A stretch of 64,000 bases of DNA, from contig JBFWJC010000001.1 in assembly GCA_050253415.1 (NCBI GenBank), forward strand, positions 416,001 to 480,000, in the 5' to 3' direction. Shown here in pieces: positions 49,872 through 59,547 of the stretch (position 1 is its first letter; every line of letters begins with the position of its first letter). The position numbers were made by a program, and so were the translations under genes. The DNA is from Pedobacter sp. Lineage in GTDB: Bacteria > Desulfobacterota > Desulfuromonadia > Desulfuromonadales > Syntrophotaleaceae. Under the pieces are notes generated by a model, which was not told the DNA's origin, searched no databases, and saw nothing but the letters and a program-made list of their open reading frames with translations.

Positions 49872-50387
49872 TCACCAGTTGTCGGGTAGGCGGTGAACGC
49901 CCGATGTGGAGGGTAGTCGGGTCAGCATTTCGCGCACCGTTTTCTGATTTAGAGGGTGGATAAAGTCGGGCGCGACATCCATCAAGGGGATAAGCACAAA
50001 GGCGCGTTGGTGTAAGCGCGGATGGGGTATCATTAACTCTTGTTTTTGAGAAATACTGTTGTCATAAAACAGCAGATCGATATCGAGAGACCGGGAACCC
50101 CAGCGTACCTTTCGGCATCGTCCGAATTGTTGTTCTACCTCAAGGGCGAATTCAAGCAATCGGCTGGCCGTCAGCGTTGTTTGCACCTCTAGGACAGCAT
50201 TCAGATAGGGCGGCTGATCTTCAGGTCCGCCGACCGGTTCGGTCTCGTAAATAGCTGAGGCACGAACGATGCAAATCTCCGGATGAGAATGCAATGCTTG
50301 TCGAGCGTTCCTGAGATATTCAATGCGGTCGCCAAGATTGGAACCCAGCCCCAGGAATGCAGTAAACGGTTTGTGTTTATCATTCAT
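49872..50387 (-). CDS. folK: 2-amino-4-hydroxy-6-hydroxymethyldihydropteridine diphosphokinase
   Basis: LGLGSNLG, RSLDIDLL, IPHPRL. Confidence 0.95.
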   Translation of the reverse strand: MNDKHKPFTAFLGLGSNLGDRIEYLRNARQALHSHPEICIVRASAIYETEPVGGPEDQPPYLNAVLEVQTTLTASRLLEFALEVEQQFGRCRKVRWGSRSLDIDLLFYDNSISQKQELMIPHPRLHQRAFVLIPLMDVAPDFIHPLNQKTVREMLTRLPSTSGVHRLPDNW

Positions 50388-50456
50388 AGACAAGTATTTA
50401 AACACAGGCCTTTGAGGTGAGTCAATCCAACGACCATCCGTTGTGCTATGTGTCCA

Positions 50457-50498
50457 AAATAAAAAACGGTCGGGATCTCTCCCGACCGTTTTTTATTT
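50457..50498 (-). terminator. intrinsic terminator after adh (symmetrical)
   Basis: AAATAAAAAACGGTCGGGA/TCCCGACCGTTTTTTATTT. Confidence 0.9.
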
Positions 50499-50566
50499 GA
50501 ATCTTGCTCGTCGATTGACGGGATGGTCGAATCTGCAACCATCCGGAAAACCGGTTCGGGCAGTTA

Positions 50567-51739
50567 TTACATGGCTGCTTTGTAGATGCCGATAACCTGG
50601 TCCAGCGTAGCCGAACGGGGGTTGGTCAGCATGCAGGCGTCTTTCTGAGCATTGCCAGCCATAACAGCGAGGTCTTCTTCTTTAACATTCAGCTCGGTCA
50701 GGCCGGCCGGGATGCCAATGGAAGCGGACAGTTCGCGGATGGCTTCGATACCGGCAGCAGCAGCTTCGGTAACGCTCATGCCGTCGGTATTAACGCCCAT
50801 GAAGTCGGCGATGTCAGCGAAACGATCCGGGCAAGCGATCAGGTTGTAGTCGCAAACGGCCGGCAGCAGGATGGCGTTGCAAACACCGTGGGGCAGGTTG
50901 TAGAAGCCGCCCAGCTGGTGAGCCATGGCGTGTACGTAGCCCAGGGAGGCGTTGTTGAATGCCATACCAGCGAGGTACTGCGCGTAGCACATGGCGTCGC
51001 GAGCTTCGATGTTGGCGCCCATGGCAACGGCAGGACGCAGCCACTGAGCGATCAGGCGCATGGCTTTTTCAGCGCAAGCGTCGGTGATCGGAGTAGCGAT
51101 GGTGGAAACATAAGCTTCAACGGCGTGGGTCAGAGCGTCCATACCGGTAGCGGCGGTCAGTGCGGGGGGCTTGCCGAGCATCAGGATGGGATCGTCAACG
51201 GCGATCAGCGGGGTGCAGCGCCAGTCAACGATAGCCATCTTAACATGGGTCTCGGAGTTGGTGATGATGCAGAAACGGGTCATTTCGGAAGCGGTGCCCG
51301 CGGTGGTGTTGATGGCAACCAGGGGAGTCATGGGCACGGTGCTCTTGTTGACGCCTTCGTAGTCGCGGATGTTGCCGCCGCCGGCGGTAACCAGGCCAAT
51401 GCCTTTAGCGCAGTCATGGGAAGATCCGCCACCCAGGGATACGATGAAGTCACAGCCTTCGGCTTCGTAGACTTTTACGCCGTCATGAACGTTGGTGTCA
51501 GTCGGGTTAGGTTCAGCACCGGGATAGATGACAACATCAACGCCGGCATCTTTAACGTAGCCAGCGATTTTGTCAGCAACACCCATTTTCATCAGACCGG
51601 CATCGGTAACGAGAAGAGCTTTCTTAGCGCCGAGTTCTTTGGCCTTAGGGCCAACTTCTTTGGCACAACCAGGACCCATAAGGGTAACGCTGGGAATGAA
51701 AAAGCCGTACGTGGTTTCTGCGAGGTTGACAATTGGCAT
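50567..51739 (-). CDS. iron-containing alcohol dehydrogenase (DhaT/YiaY-like)
   Basis: GGGSSHDCAK, GMDALTHA, HAMAHQ, PHG; AGGAGG RBS. Confidence 0.96.
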   Translation of the reverse strand: MPIVNLAETTYGFFIPSVTLMGPGCAKEVGPKAKELGAKKALLVTDAGLMKMGVADKIAGYVKDAGVDVVIYPGAEPNPTDTNVHDGVKVYEAEGCDFIVSLGGGSSHDCAKGIGLVTAGGGNIRDYEGVNKSTVPMTPLVAINTTAGTASEMTRFCIITNSETHVKMAIVDWRCTPLIAVDDPILMLGKPPALTAATGMDALTHAVEAYVSTIATPITDACAEKAMRLIAQWLRPAVAMGANIEARDAMCYAQYLAGMAFNNASLGYVHAMAHQLGGFYNLPHGVCNAILLPAVCDYNLIACPDRFADIADFMGVNTDGMSVTEAAAAGIEAIRELSASIGIPAGLTELNVKEEDLAVMAGNAQKDACMLTNPRSATLDQVIGIYKAAM

Positions 51740-52445
51740 GATTAATCCTCCTAGATTGAGCGTTGATGGAAATCCCACACAACTAAAACACTGCCCGAGA
51801 TAATTACTACAATGAAAAATACAAATCAAACCATTTTTTTAAAATAGTGTTTCCGTATACTGTAACTTTGGAAATGTTAAGTGTCTGTATTTATGCGTAT
51901 TGTGTATACGAATTTTAGGTATACTTTTGAAAGCAACGATAAATCAATATTGTATAGGATTTATAACAAGACGTAGCATGACATAAATGTGCCGTATACG
52001 AAAGCATGTCAGATAATAGAAAAATGGTTGTTTTAGAAAAAATGTCCATTGGTGCCAAAATTCTTTAGTAATTGAGGTGCTAGAAAAGTGGTTTTTAAAG
52101 CAACTTTATAGTTATAGACAAAACATGTTTTTTTAAAGAATCTTAAAATCCAGAAATGCGTCTATCTTTTCTGGTATAAAAATAAAATGTCCACCACAAA
52201 AACACTTGCATTATGGGCAATGCGACATCTAAGACTTAAACGGTGATTCTCTTGCTCTGTGAACATCTTTTAGGTATGTAATCGTAAACGGCAAAACAGA
52301 ACATCGTTAGGATGTATTGTGTTTATACCAAGTGTTGCACCCGTGGGGTCGATATTCCTGATTTTGGTGTTAGGAAGAAGGTCTTCCCGTTAGAAATTTT
52401 CTTTAGTTTTTAAAGGTAAGCCTGCAACAAGTCGATGTTTTACAC

Positions 52446-52475
52446 AAAAAAAGCCGGCTCAGAGGCCGGCTTTTT
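52446..52475 (-). terminator. intrinsic terminator after ThiF gene
   Basis: AAAAAAAGCCGGC/GCCGGCTTTTT. Confidence 0.85.
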
Positions 52476-52501
52476 ATATTTGAGTTCTTTAAAAAAGAAG
52501 T

Positions 52502-53320
52502 TCAACACTCGATTTCGACAAACTCCATATCGAGAAGGTCGATGGACAAACAGCGCCGGCGCATGGGAGTGCCTTGGTTTAATAGAACTTTGCATACTTC
52601 GGATACTTCAAGGCTGGCTACGACTGCGGGTGTAAAAGACGGATTGCCAAGGTGTTTTTCGAGCCCACTCTCCTGAGAGTTGTGAGAGAAGAACTTCTGC
52701 AGGGTTTGCTCTCCGGGAAACTGTGTCATCAGGTATCCGTACCAGCCGGCAATCGCTCCATGCACCAGGGGGATGTTTAATTCCTGGCAGATTTCAGCGA
52801 GTTCCAATCGTACGGAGATGCTGTCAAGGGCGTCCGCTGCAACATGGCACCCCTCAAGGATCTGTTTTCCGTTTTCTAGCCCAAACGCCAGCCCCACCGG
52901 CAATAGTTCTACCGCTGGATTGACCCGGTCTACTCTTCGGGCGGCGGCCGCTACTTTTCTGATACCCAGAAACTCAGGGGTCGCCAGGAGTTGGCGATTC
53001 ATGTTGTGTTCTTCAAAAACATCGGGGTCTACGGCAACAATGGTTCCGACTCCCAGTCGTGCCAACTCCTCAATGATGTAGCCCCCAAGACCACCGCATC
53101 CGATAACGGCAACTTTGCTGTTATACAGTTTGAGCTGGTCATCCAAGCAGAACATGTTGCGGTTGCGTTGGTATCGTGCCGGGAGTAAGCCATTTTCCAG
53201 AGCCACGCCTTCAACTTCGCGGACGCTGACTTTGAACCGGTTGGCGGCAGACAGTTGATCTGCCCATAGCAGCAGGTCGCCCTTTGCTCGCTCTTTGAGC
53301 CATGTCAGGAGGTCTGGCAT
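52502..53320 (-). CDS. HesA/MoeB/ThiF-family adenylyltransferase
   Basis: RYQRN, GCGGLG, NMNRQ, DALD. Confidence 0.9.
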   Translation of the reverse strand: MPDLLTWLKERAKGDLLLWADQLSAANRFKVSVREVEGVALENGLLPARYQRNRNMFCLDDQLKLYNSKVAVIGCGGLGGYIIEELARLGVGTIVAVDPDVFEEHNMNRQLLATPEFLGIRKVAAAARRVDRVNPAVELLPVGLAFGLENGKQILEGCHVAADALDSISVRLELAEICQELNIPLVHGAIAGWYGYLMTQFPGEQTLQKFFSHNSQESGLEKHLGNPSFTPAVVASLEVSEVCKVLLNQGTPMRRRCLSIDLLDMEFVEIEC

Positions 53321-53321
53321 G

Positions 53322-53546
53322 TCAACCTCCGCCTACTTTTGGGAACAGGGAAATCGTTACGCCGGTGTGGAGCACCTGATCGGCTGTAACATGGCGTCCA
53401 TCGATCATGGCGACGCCAAGTTCCGGTTCATCTATCTCAAGTTGTTTCAGTACGTCGGCGATGGTGCTGTTCTCTAGAATTTCGCGTTTTGCCACCTTAA
53501 AGCGATTTTGTCTGAATCCTGCAAAAAGCTTTATGAAAATGGTCAT
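53322..53546 (-). CDS. MoaD/ThiS-family sulfur carrier
   Basis: IKLFA, C-terminal FPKVGGG. Confidence 0.92.
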   Translation of the reverse strand: MTIFIKLFAGFRQNRFKVAKREILENSTIADVLKQLEIDEPELGVAMIDGRHVTADQVLHTGVTISLFPKVGGG

Positions 53547-53648
53547 TTCATTTTCCCTCTCATTTGCGAAAACAGTTCATTCCATTGGTTTCCAACACGG
53601 CATTTGCCTGTCCTTCAGCGTGGATGTCTGCGCGTAAATCCGTACAAG

Positions 53649-53677
53649 AATCTACCTCTCCAGTCTGTAATATGCAA
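53649..53677 (-). promoter_or_regulatory. sigma-70 promoter candidate for moaD-thiF
   Basis: Minus strand TTGCAT, 17 bp, TAGATT, downstream of the aor terminator. Confidence 0.55.
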
Positions 53678-53753
53678 GTAAAACTCGCACCTTTGGTGTA
53701 GTCAGGGATCTGATCGATGGTGTCTGTCTGTAAACGGAGTGACTCTCGTATCG

Positions 53754-53785
53754 AAAAACAGGGCATCCCTATACGGATGCCCTGT
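53754..53785 (-). terminator. intrinsic terminator after aor
   Basis: ACAGGGCATCC/GGATGCCCTGT stem, T-tract on minus strand. Confidence 0.8.
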
Positions 53786-53808
53786 AGGATGGGATTTGTT
53801 TGCCGGGT

Positions 53809-55539
53809 TTAGAAATTCCAGAATTCATCGATTTCTTCATCGGTGAAGTCCCAAACGACATTATGTGGCGGAATTGGTTCGTAATTGAAAAACTCCGGCA
53901 ATCTGTCATCTGCGGGGCCGAAACCGGCAGCCGTATTGAAATCGTGTTCCACCTTGAGGATGGTTTTGCCAAGTTCGGTCACGTCGTCCGCAGTAAGGTT
54001 TATGCCGTATGTGGCATTCAGCAGGTCGATCAGGGCGGTAAACGATTCGGGGATATCTAGTGCCGGGAATGCGATGAATACGCACATGCCGGTGCTGTCG
54101 ACGGCAGCTGTGGCGATTTGCAGGTTGCGTGATAATTCAACCTGGCCGACCTTTGTTAACGGATCGATGTATCCGCCCACCTTAAGAATGTTGGTGGCAA
54201 TGGTGTAGCCCGCGGTATGGTCGGCGCCCATGGTCGATGTTGCGTAGGTGATGCCGATCCCTTTTACCGAGCGAGGATCGTAGGCGGGGATCCCCTGGTT
54301 TTTGACCACCGGTACGCGAATCAAGCCATAAGCTCTGCCGACAGAGCCGGTCCCGTTGCCGAGAATACGGCCCAGCGGGGTTCCCTTGCCGATTTCATCG
54401 CGCAAAACGCGCTGGCATTCTTTGCCGTCGCCCCATGGGATGACCCCTGCTTCCATGGCGGTTGCAAGCAATACGGCCCCCTCGATGGAATCGATACCGA
54501 TGTCATCCATCAGGTGGTCACACAGGGCGATATCGTCCAGATCTTCGATCAAGGCGTTGGCGCCAAGCCCCCAGATGGTTTCGTATTCAAAGCCTGAGGT
54601 TATGTACGCGCCTGTTCCGTCCACATAGACTTGGGAGCATTGAATGATGCAGCCGGCGTGGCAGCCATGTTTATGCTTGCCGCCGCGGGAAACGATCGTT
54701 TCGTGCATGGTTTCGCCACTGATTTTTTCGTGGTGATCGCATTGCCCGTAACGGAAGTTTTTGGTGGGGAGTCCGCCAGCTTCGTTGAGGATGTTGATGA
54801 GGATGTTGGTTCCATAGATAGGCAAGCCTTCGCCGCTTACAGGATGATCAAGCAGAGATTTGGCGAAGATTTTTGCAGCGGCACGGAATTTATCCGGATC
54901 TGCAATGGGTACTTTGCCGGCTCCGGTGTCGTCGATGGTAATGCATTTGATTTTTTTGGAACCCATGACAGCACCAAGTCCTCCACGCCCATGGCTTCGG
55001 ATTTTCTGGTCTGGATCCTTGACCGAGATGTTGGCAGCCGCCATGCGCAATTCCCCGGGGACGCCTATTGACAAAACGCCGATTTTAGGTCCAAACGCGT
55101 TTATCATTTCATCAATGACGGCAAAATTCTGTTTTCCTGCGAGATCATCAGCCGGCTCAAAGGAAACGCCATCCAGTGTGACGTGAAGCCTGTACCATTT
55201 ATCTTCGGTAGGAACCCCCTCGATGATGATTGCTTTTATGTCCATGCGCGCCAGCTGTTGTGCAGCAGTTCCGCCGGCATTGCTTTCCTTTATGGTCCCC
55301 GTCAGGGGGCTTTTGGCGCCAGCAGAAAGTCGCCCGGATTGCGCTGCCGGGGTGCCGGTAAGTAGACCGGGGGCGAATACCAGTTTGTTGTTGGGACCAA
55401 GGGGGTGGCAACGGGGCGGCACTTCTGCTGCCACGATCGTGGAGGTTAGCCCTCGGCCACCAAGTCCTGCCCACTGTTCTGGGACGGTTTCGACTTTGGA
55501 TGTTAATTCCGACATGTTGATGCGAAGGATCTTGTTCAT
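53809..55539 (-). CDS. aor: aldehyde:ferredoxin oxidoreductase (tungsten AOR family)
   Basis: LGGRG, KSPLTG, ESNAGG, GRGGLGAVMGSK, CHAGCIIQC, EYET, YDPR. Confidence 0.95.
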   Translation of the reverse strand: MNKILRINMSELTSKVETVPEQWAGLGGRGLTSTIVAAEVPPRCHPLGPNNKLVFAPGLLTGTPAAQSGRLSAGAKSPLTGTIKESNAGGTAAQQLARMDIKAIIIEGVPTEDKWYRLHVTLDGVSFEPADDLAGKQNFAVIDEMINAFGPKIGVLSIGVPGELRMAAANISVKDPDQKIRSHGRGGLGAVMGSKKIKCITIDDTGAGKVPIADPDKFRAAAKIFAKSLLDHPVSGEGLPIYGTNILINILNEAGGLPTKNFRYGQCDHHEKISGETMHETIVSRGGKHKHGCHAGCIIQCSQVYVDGTGAYITSGFEYETIWGLGANALIEDLDDIALCDHLMDDIGIDSIEGAVLLATAMEAGVIPWGDGKECQRVLRDEIGKGTPLGRILGNGTGSVGRAYGLIRVPVVKNQGIPAYDPRSVKGIGITYATSTMGADHTAGYTIATNILKVGGYIDPLTKVGQVELSRNLQIATAAVDSTGMCVFIAFPALDIPESFTALIDLLNATYGINLTADDVTELGKTILKVEHDFNTAAGFGPADDRLPEFFNYEPIPPHNVVWDFTDEEIDEFWNF

Positions 55540-55697
55540 GATGGTTTTCCTTCCAATTTGTTGGTTTGATGCACAAGGTTGATTTACATCCTTTCAAACA
55601 CAAACCCCATAATCGGACATTCTATTGTTTGAATGTCTGATGGCAGAAAAACTTCCAAACCCTCCGTGGTATCGAAAGAAAAGATATCAATAGTTCA

Positions 55698-55727
55698 ATT
55701 ATAGCTTAAAGGTGTTGTCTCGCACAA
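55698..55727 (-). promoter_or_regulatory. sigma-70 promoter candidate for aor
   Basis: Minus strand TTGTGC, 18 bp, TATAAT. Confidence 0.45.
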
Positions 55728-55762
55728 AAAAAGGAGCAAAAGAGAGATCCTCTGTTGCTCCT
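55726..55762 (-). terminator. intrinsic terminator after the adh pair
   Basis: AGGAGCAA..AGAG/CTCT..TTGCTCCT, T7 on minus strand. Confidence 0.8.
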
Positions 55763-55838
55763 GAAAACCGTTGTTGGCAGTACACGTTTAGCAAGATCGC
55801 GCCCGCCTTGGGCGGGCGCGAAAAGGGTTGAGCTTGAA

Positions 55839-57011
55839 TTACATGGCAGCCTTGAAGATGCCGATGACCTGGTCCAGCGTAGCAGTACGCGGGTTGGTCA
55901 GCTGGCAAGCGTCTTTCTTGGCGTTTTCTGCCATGACTTTGAAGTCTTCTTCTTTAACATTCAGGTCGGCAAGGCCGGCCGGGATGCCGATGGAAGCGGA
56001 CAGCTCGCGGATGGCTTCGATGCCGGCAGCGGCTGCTTCGGTAACGCTCAAGCCCTCGGTGGGCACGCCCATGAACTTGGCGATGTCAGCGAAACGATCC
56101 GGGCAGGCGATCATGTTGAAGTCGCAAACGGCGGGCAACAGGATGGCGTTACAAACACCGTGGGGCAGGTTGTAGAAGCCGCCCAGCTGGTGAGCCATGG
56201 AGTGAACGTAACCCAGGGAGGCGTTGTTGAAGGCCATGCCGGCCAGGTACTGGGCGTAGCACATTGCGTCGCGAGCTGCGATGTTGGAGCCCAGAGCAAC
56301 GGCAGGACGCAGCCAGTCGGCGATCAGACGGATGGCTTTTTCGGCGCAAGCGTCGGTGATCGGGGTGGCGATGGTGGAAACATAAGCCTCAACGGCGTGG
56401 GTCAGAGCGTCCATGCCGGTAGCGGCGGTCAGTGCGGGGGGCTTGCCCAGCATCAGGATGGGATCGTCAATGGCTACGATCGGAGTAACGCGCCAGTCAA
56501 CGATAGCCATCTTAACATGGGTGTCGGTGTTGGTGATGATGCAGAAACGGGTCATTTCGGACGCGGTACCTGCGGTGGTGTTGATGGCGATGAGAGGAGT
56601 CAAAGGCACGGTGCTCTTGTTGACGCCTTCGTAATCGCGGATGTTACCGCCGCCGGCACATACCAGGCCTATGCCCTTGGCACAGTCATGGGAGGAACCG
56701 CCGCCCAGAGAAACGATAAAGTCGCAACCGTTGTCTACGAACACTTTTTGCCCAGCGGCAACGTTTTGGTCGGTCGGGTTAGGCTCGGCGCCGGGGAAGA
56801 TAACAACTTCAACGCCAGCACCTTTGAGGTATCCGGCGATGGTTTCGGAAACGCCCATCTTGTGAAGGCCTGCGTCGGTCACGATCATTGCTTTTTTAGC
56901 GCCCAGTTCCTTAGCCTTGGGGCCGACTTCTTTAGCACAACCGGGGCCCATAAGGGTAACGCTGGGGATGAAGAAACCGTAAGTAGCATCTGCGAGATTT
57001 ACAACGGGCAT
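55839..57011 (-). CDS. iron-containing alcohol dehydrogenase (tandem copy, downstream)
   Basis: Fe-ADH motifs; identical to 57172-58344. Confidence 0.96.
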   Translation of the reverse strand: MPVVNLADATYGFFIPSVTLMGPGCAKEVGPKAKELGAKKAMIVTDAGLHKMGVSETIAGYLKGAGVEVVIFPGAEPNPTDQNVAAGQKVFVDNGCDFIVSLGGGSSHDCAKGIGLVCAGGGNIRDYEGVNKSTVPLTPLIAINTTAGTASEMTRFCIITNTDTHVKMAIVDWRVTPIVAIDDPILMLGKPPALTAATGMDALTHAVEAYVSTIATPITDACAEKAIRLIADWLRPAVALGSNIAARDAMCYAQYLAGMAFNNASLGYVHSMAHQLGGFYNLPHGVCNAILLPAVCDFNMIACPDRFADIAKFMGVPTEGLSVTEAAAAGIEAIRELSASIGIPAGLADLNVKEEDFKVMAENAKKDACQLTNPRTATLDQVIGIFKAAM

Positions 57012-57171
57012 AATGAATCCTCCTCATAAGATGAGTTTTTCGTGAAAGCCAAACTGCCTTCACATACAAATAGAAAATACCGCTTGAAAATCTTCCTAAC
57101 CTAGATATGCCAACTAACTGGTTTTGCTTTCGCGCCCGCCTTGGGCGGGCGCGAAAAGGGTTGAGCTTGAA

Positions 57172-58344
57172 TTACATGGCAGCCTTGAAGATGCCGATGA
57201 CCTGGTCCAGCGTAGCAGTACGCGGGTTGGTCAGCTGGCAAGCGTCTTTCTTGGCGTTTTCTGCCATGACTTTGAAGTCTTCTTCTTTAACATTCAGGTC
57301 GGCAAGGCCGGCCGGGATGCCGATGGAAGCGGACAGCTCGCGGATGGCTTCGATGCCGGCAGCGGCTGCTTCGGTAACGCTCAAGCCCTCGGTGGGCACG
57401 CCCATGAACTTGGCGATGTCAGCGAAACGATCCGGGCAGGCGATCATGTTGAAGTCGCAAACGGCGGGCAACAGGATGGCGTTACAAACACCGTGGGGCA
57501 GGTTGTAGAAGCCGCCCAGCTGGTGAGCCATGGAGTGAACGTAACCCAGGGAGGCGTTGTTGAAGGCCATGCCGGCCAGGTACTGGGCGTAGCACATTGC
57601 GTCGCGAGCTGCGATGTTGGAGCCCAGAGCAACGGCAGGACGCAGCCAGTCGGCGATCAGACGGATGGCTTTTTCGGCGCAAGCGTCGGTGATCGGGGTG
57701 GCGATGGTGGAAACATAAGCCTCAACGGCGTGGGTCAGAGCGTCCATGCCGGTAGCGGCGGTCAGTGCGGGGGGCTTGCCCAGCATCAGGATGGGATCGT
57801 CAATGGCTACGATCGGAGTAACGCGCCAGTCAACGATAGCCATCTTAACATGGGTGTCGGTGTTGGTGATGATGCAGAAACGGGTCATTTCGGACGCGGT
57901 ACCTGCGGTGGTGTTGATGGCGATGAGAGGAGTCAAAGGCACGGTGCTCTTGTTGACGCCTTCGTAATCGCGGATGTTACCGCCGCCGGCACATACCAGG
58001 CCTATGCCCTTGGCACAGTCATGGGAGGAACCGCCGCCCAGAGAAACGATAAAGTCGCAACCGTTGTCTACGAACACTTTTTGCCCAGCGGCAACGTTTT
58101 GGTCGGTCGGGTTAGGCTCGGCGCCGGGGAAGATAACAACTTCAACGCCAGCACCTTTGAGGTATCCGGCGATGGTTTCGGAAACGCCCATCTTGTGAAG
58201 GCCTGCGTCGGTCACGATCATTGCTTTTTTAGCGCCCAGTTCCTTAGCCTTGGGGCCGACTTCTTTAGCACAACCGGGGCCCATAAGGGTAACGCTGGGG
58301 ATGAAGAAACCGTAAGTAGCATCTGCGAGATTTACAACGGGCAT
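57172..58344 (-). CDS. iron-containing alcohol dehydrogenase (tandem copy, upstream)
   Basis: Fe-ADH motifs; GAGGAGG RBS. Confidence 0.96.
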   Translation of the reverse strand: MPVVNLADATYGFFIPSVTLMGPGCAKEVGPKAKELGAKKAMIVTDAGLHKMGVSETIAGYLKGAGVEVVIFPGAEPNPTDQNVAAGQKVFVDNGCDFIVSLGGGSSHDCAKGIGLVCAGGGNIRDYEGVNKSTVPLTPLIAINTTAGTASEMTRFCIITNTDTHVKMAIVDWRVTPIVAIDDPILMLGKPPALTAATGMDALTHAVEAYVSTIATPITDACAEKAIRLIADWLRPAVALGSNIAARDAMCYAQYLAGMAFNNASLGYVHSMAHQLGGFYNLPHGVCNAILLPAVCDFNMIACPDRFADIAKFMGVPTEGLSVTEAAAAGIEAIRELSASIGIPAGLADLNVKEEDFKVMAENAKKDACQLTNPRTATLDQVIGIFKAAM

Positions 58345-58590
58345 AATGAATCCTCCTCATAAGATGAGTTTTTCGTGAAAGCCAAACTGCCTTCACATGC
58401 AAATAGAAAAACCGCTTGAAAATCTTCCTAACCTTAACAACCGACTAGCTGAGCTTGCTTGAAAAACAATACCGTCTCGACGGCTCACCTCCTACTACTT
58501 GAACGTGTTGAGTCTTTAGCCTAAAGATAGCAGGTGTTTACGATTTAGCAAAACACCGTTCTTGATTTTTGAGGTGTAGGCATGTGTTTT

Positions 58591-58606
58591 AGCAATTAGG
58601 GTGCCA
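58591..58606 (-). promoter_or_regulatory. sigma-54 (-24/-12) promoter of the adh pair
   Basis: Minus strand TGGCAC-CCTAA-TTGCT, matches consensus TGGCAC-N5-TTGCW. Confidence 0.85.
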
Positions 58607-59547
58607 GTAGTGTTTACGAGGCGACTTTCAAAAACCAAACGCTGTACTTTTTTGTCTTGTCGGATGTCGTGGGTCGCGCTGGATACGGCACCTTTGACCT
58701 AAAGAATTTTTCCGCAAAAACAAAACATGGTTCGTCTGTGTGTCTCGGGCTTGTGTTTAGTGTGTTGGTTGTCGGTGTTGGGTGGCTCACCTGGGTGTTC
58801 CATGTTGGATTGCTATAGTCCATGTCGGCACTCAATGTTCCAGATTGTTACATTGGCTGGTTTTACGTTGTTGCCATGCCCCGGAGCTCTGCCGACATCG
58901 GGCCTGCTTTCACGGGGCTGCGGTTGCTTTATAGTTGAAAAATTATTGGCATTATTCTAACTTACAAGTTCATGCTTGATTTCGAGGATGGCTTAAATCC
59001 GAGAGTTTCGTTCTGCTGCTGATCTCAGTGAAACGCGTGTTGATTATTTAATTGAAAAAGAGCCAAGCCTTCGAACGGTGTTATTTCAGAGATGTACCTT
59101 GTGGCGCAAGCGGCTGCCATTTGACGGTTTCCCCATCCCGGTTTCCTTAAAGGTTATCTGTCTGGTTTGGATTTCAGGATGAAGAGAGTATCGCAACTCA
59201 GGTGGTTTTTCCTTTCTAACGAAAAGATTTCATCTGGATGCTCAAAAACGGCGTGCATCGTGGTGTTTCGTCCAAAAACAAGGTGTTTTTGAATCTCGAA
59301 AATCAGTGTACCAGAGTTTTTTGTTCTTGCAGGGCTTTGAGAAAAAATTAAGTGTAATACAGCGTTTTATAATAAATCCTGGCGGTTTGACTCATGTTTT
59401 ACAAAAATGCGATTTGAATGTCTTTGGTGAGGCGGCGTTCCTACTCGCGACCCTTAGTGAAGCCGTTACATTCAATGCATTGGACTTTGTTTTAATTGAT
59501 TAGGAATTTCCCAGGAGACATCTACGCCTGAAGGAGGCCAATACACT

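Larger units (their letters stand above)
55797..58434. repeat. tandem direct repeat of ~1.3 kb (55797-57102 and 57130-58434)
   Basis: Offset 1333 bp; identical translations in several frames; visible differences are one substitution and one 1-bp indel in the leader. Confidence 0.97.

Noticed and set aside
52067..52082. Minus-strand TAGCAC-CTCAA-TTACT upstream of the single adh
   Set aside because: Resembles the sigma-54 site of the tandem pair, but both invariant dinucleotides are broken
53547..53645. CCGTGTTGGAAA in the moaD leader as a Moco/Wco riboswitch
   Set aside because: Flanking CCTC/AGG helix and upstream GNRA stems not found; needs cmscan to be certain
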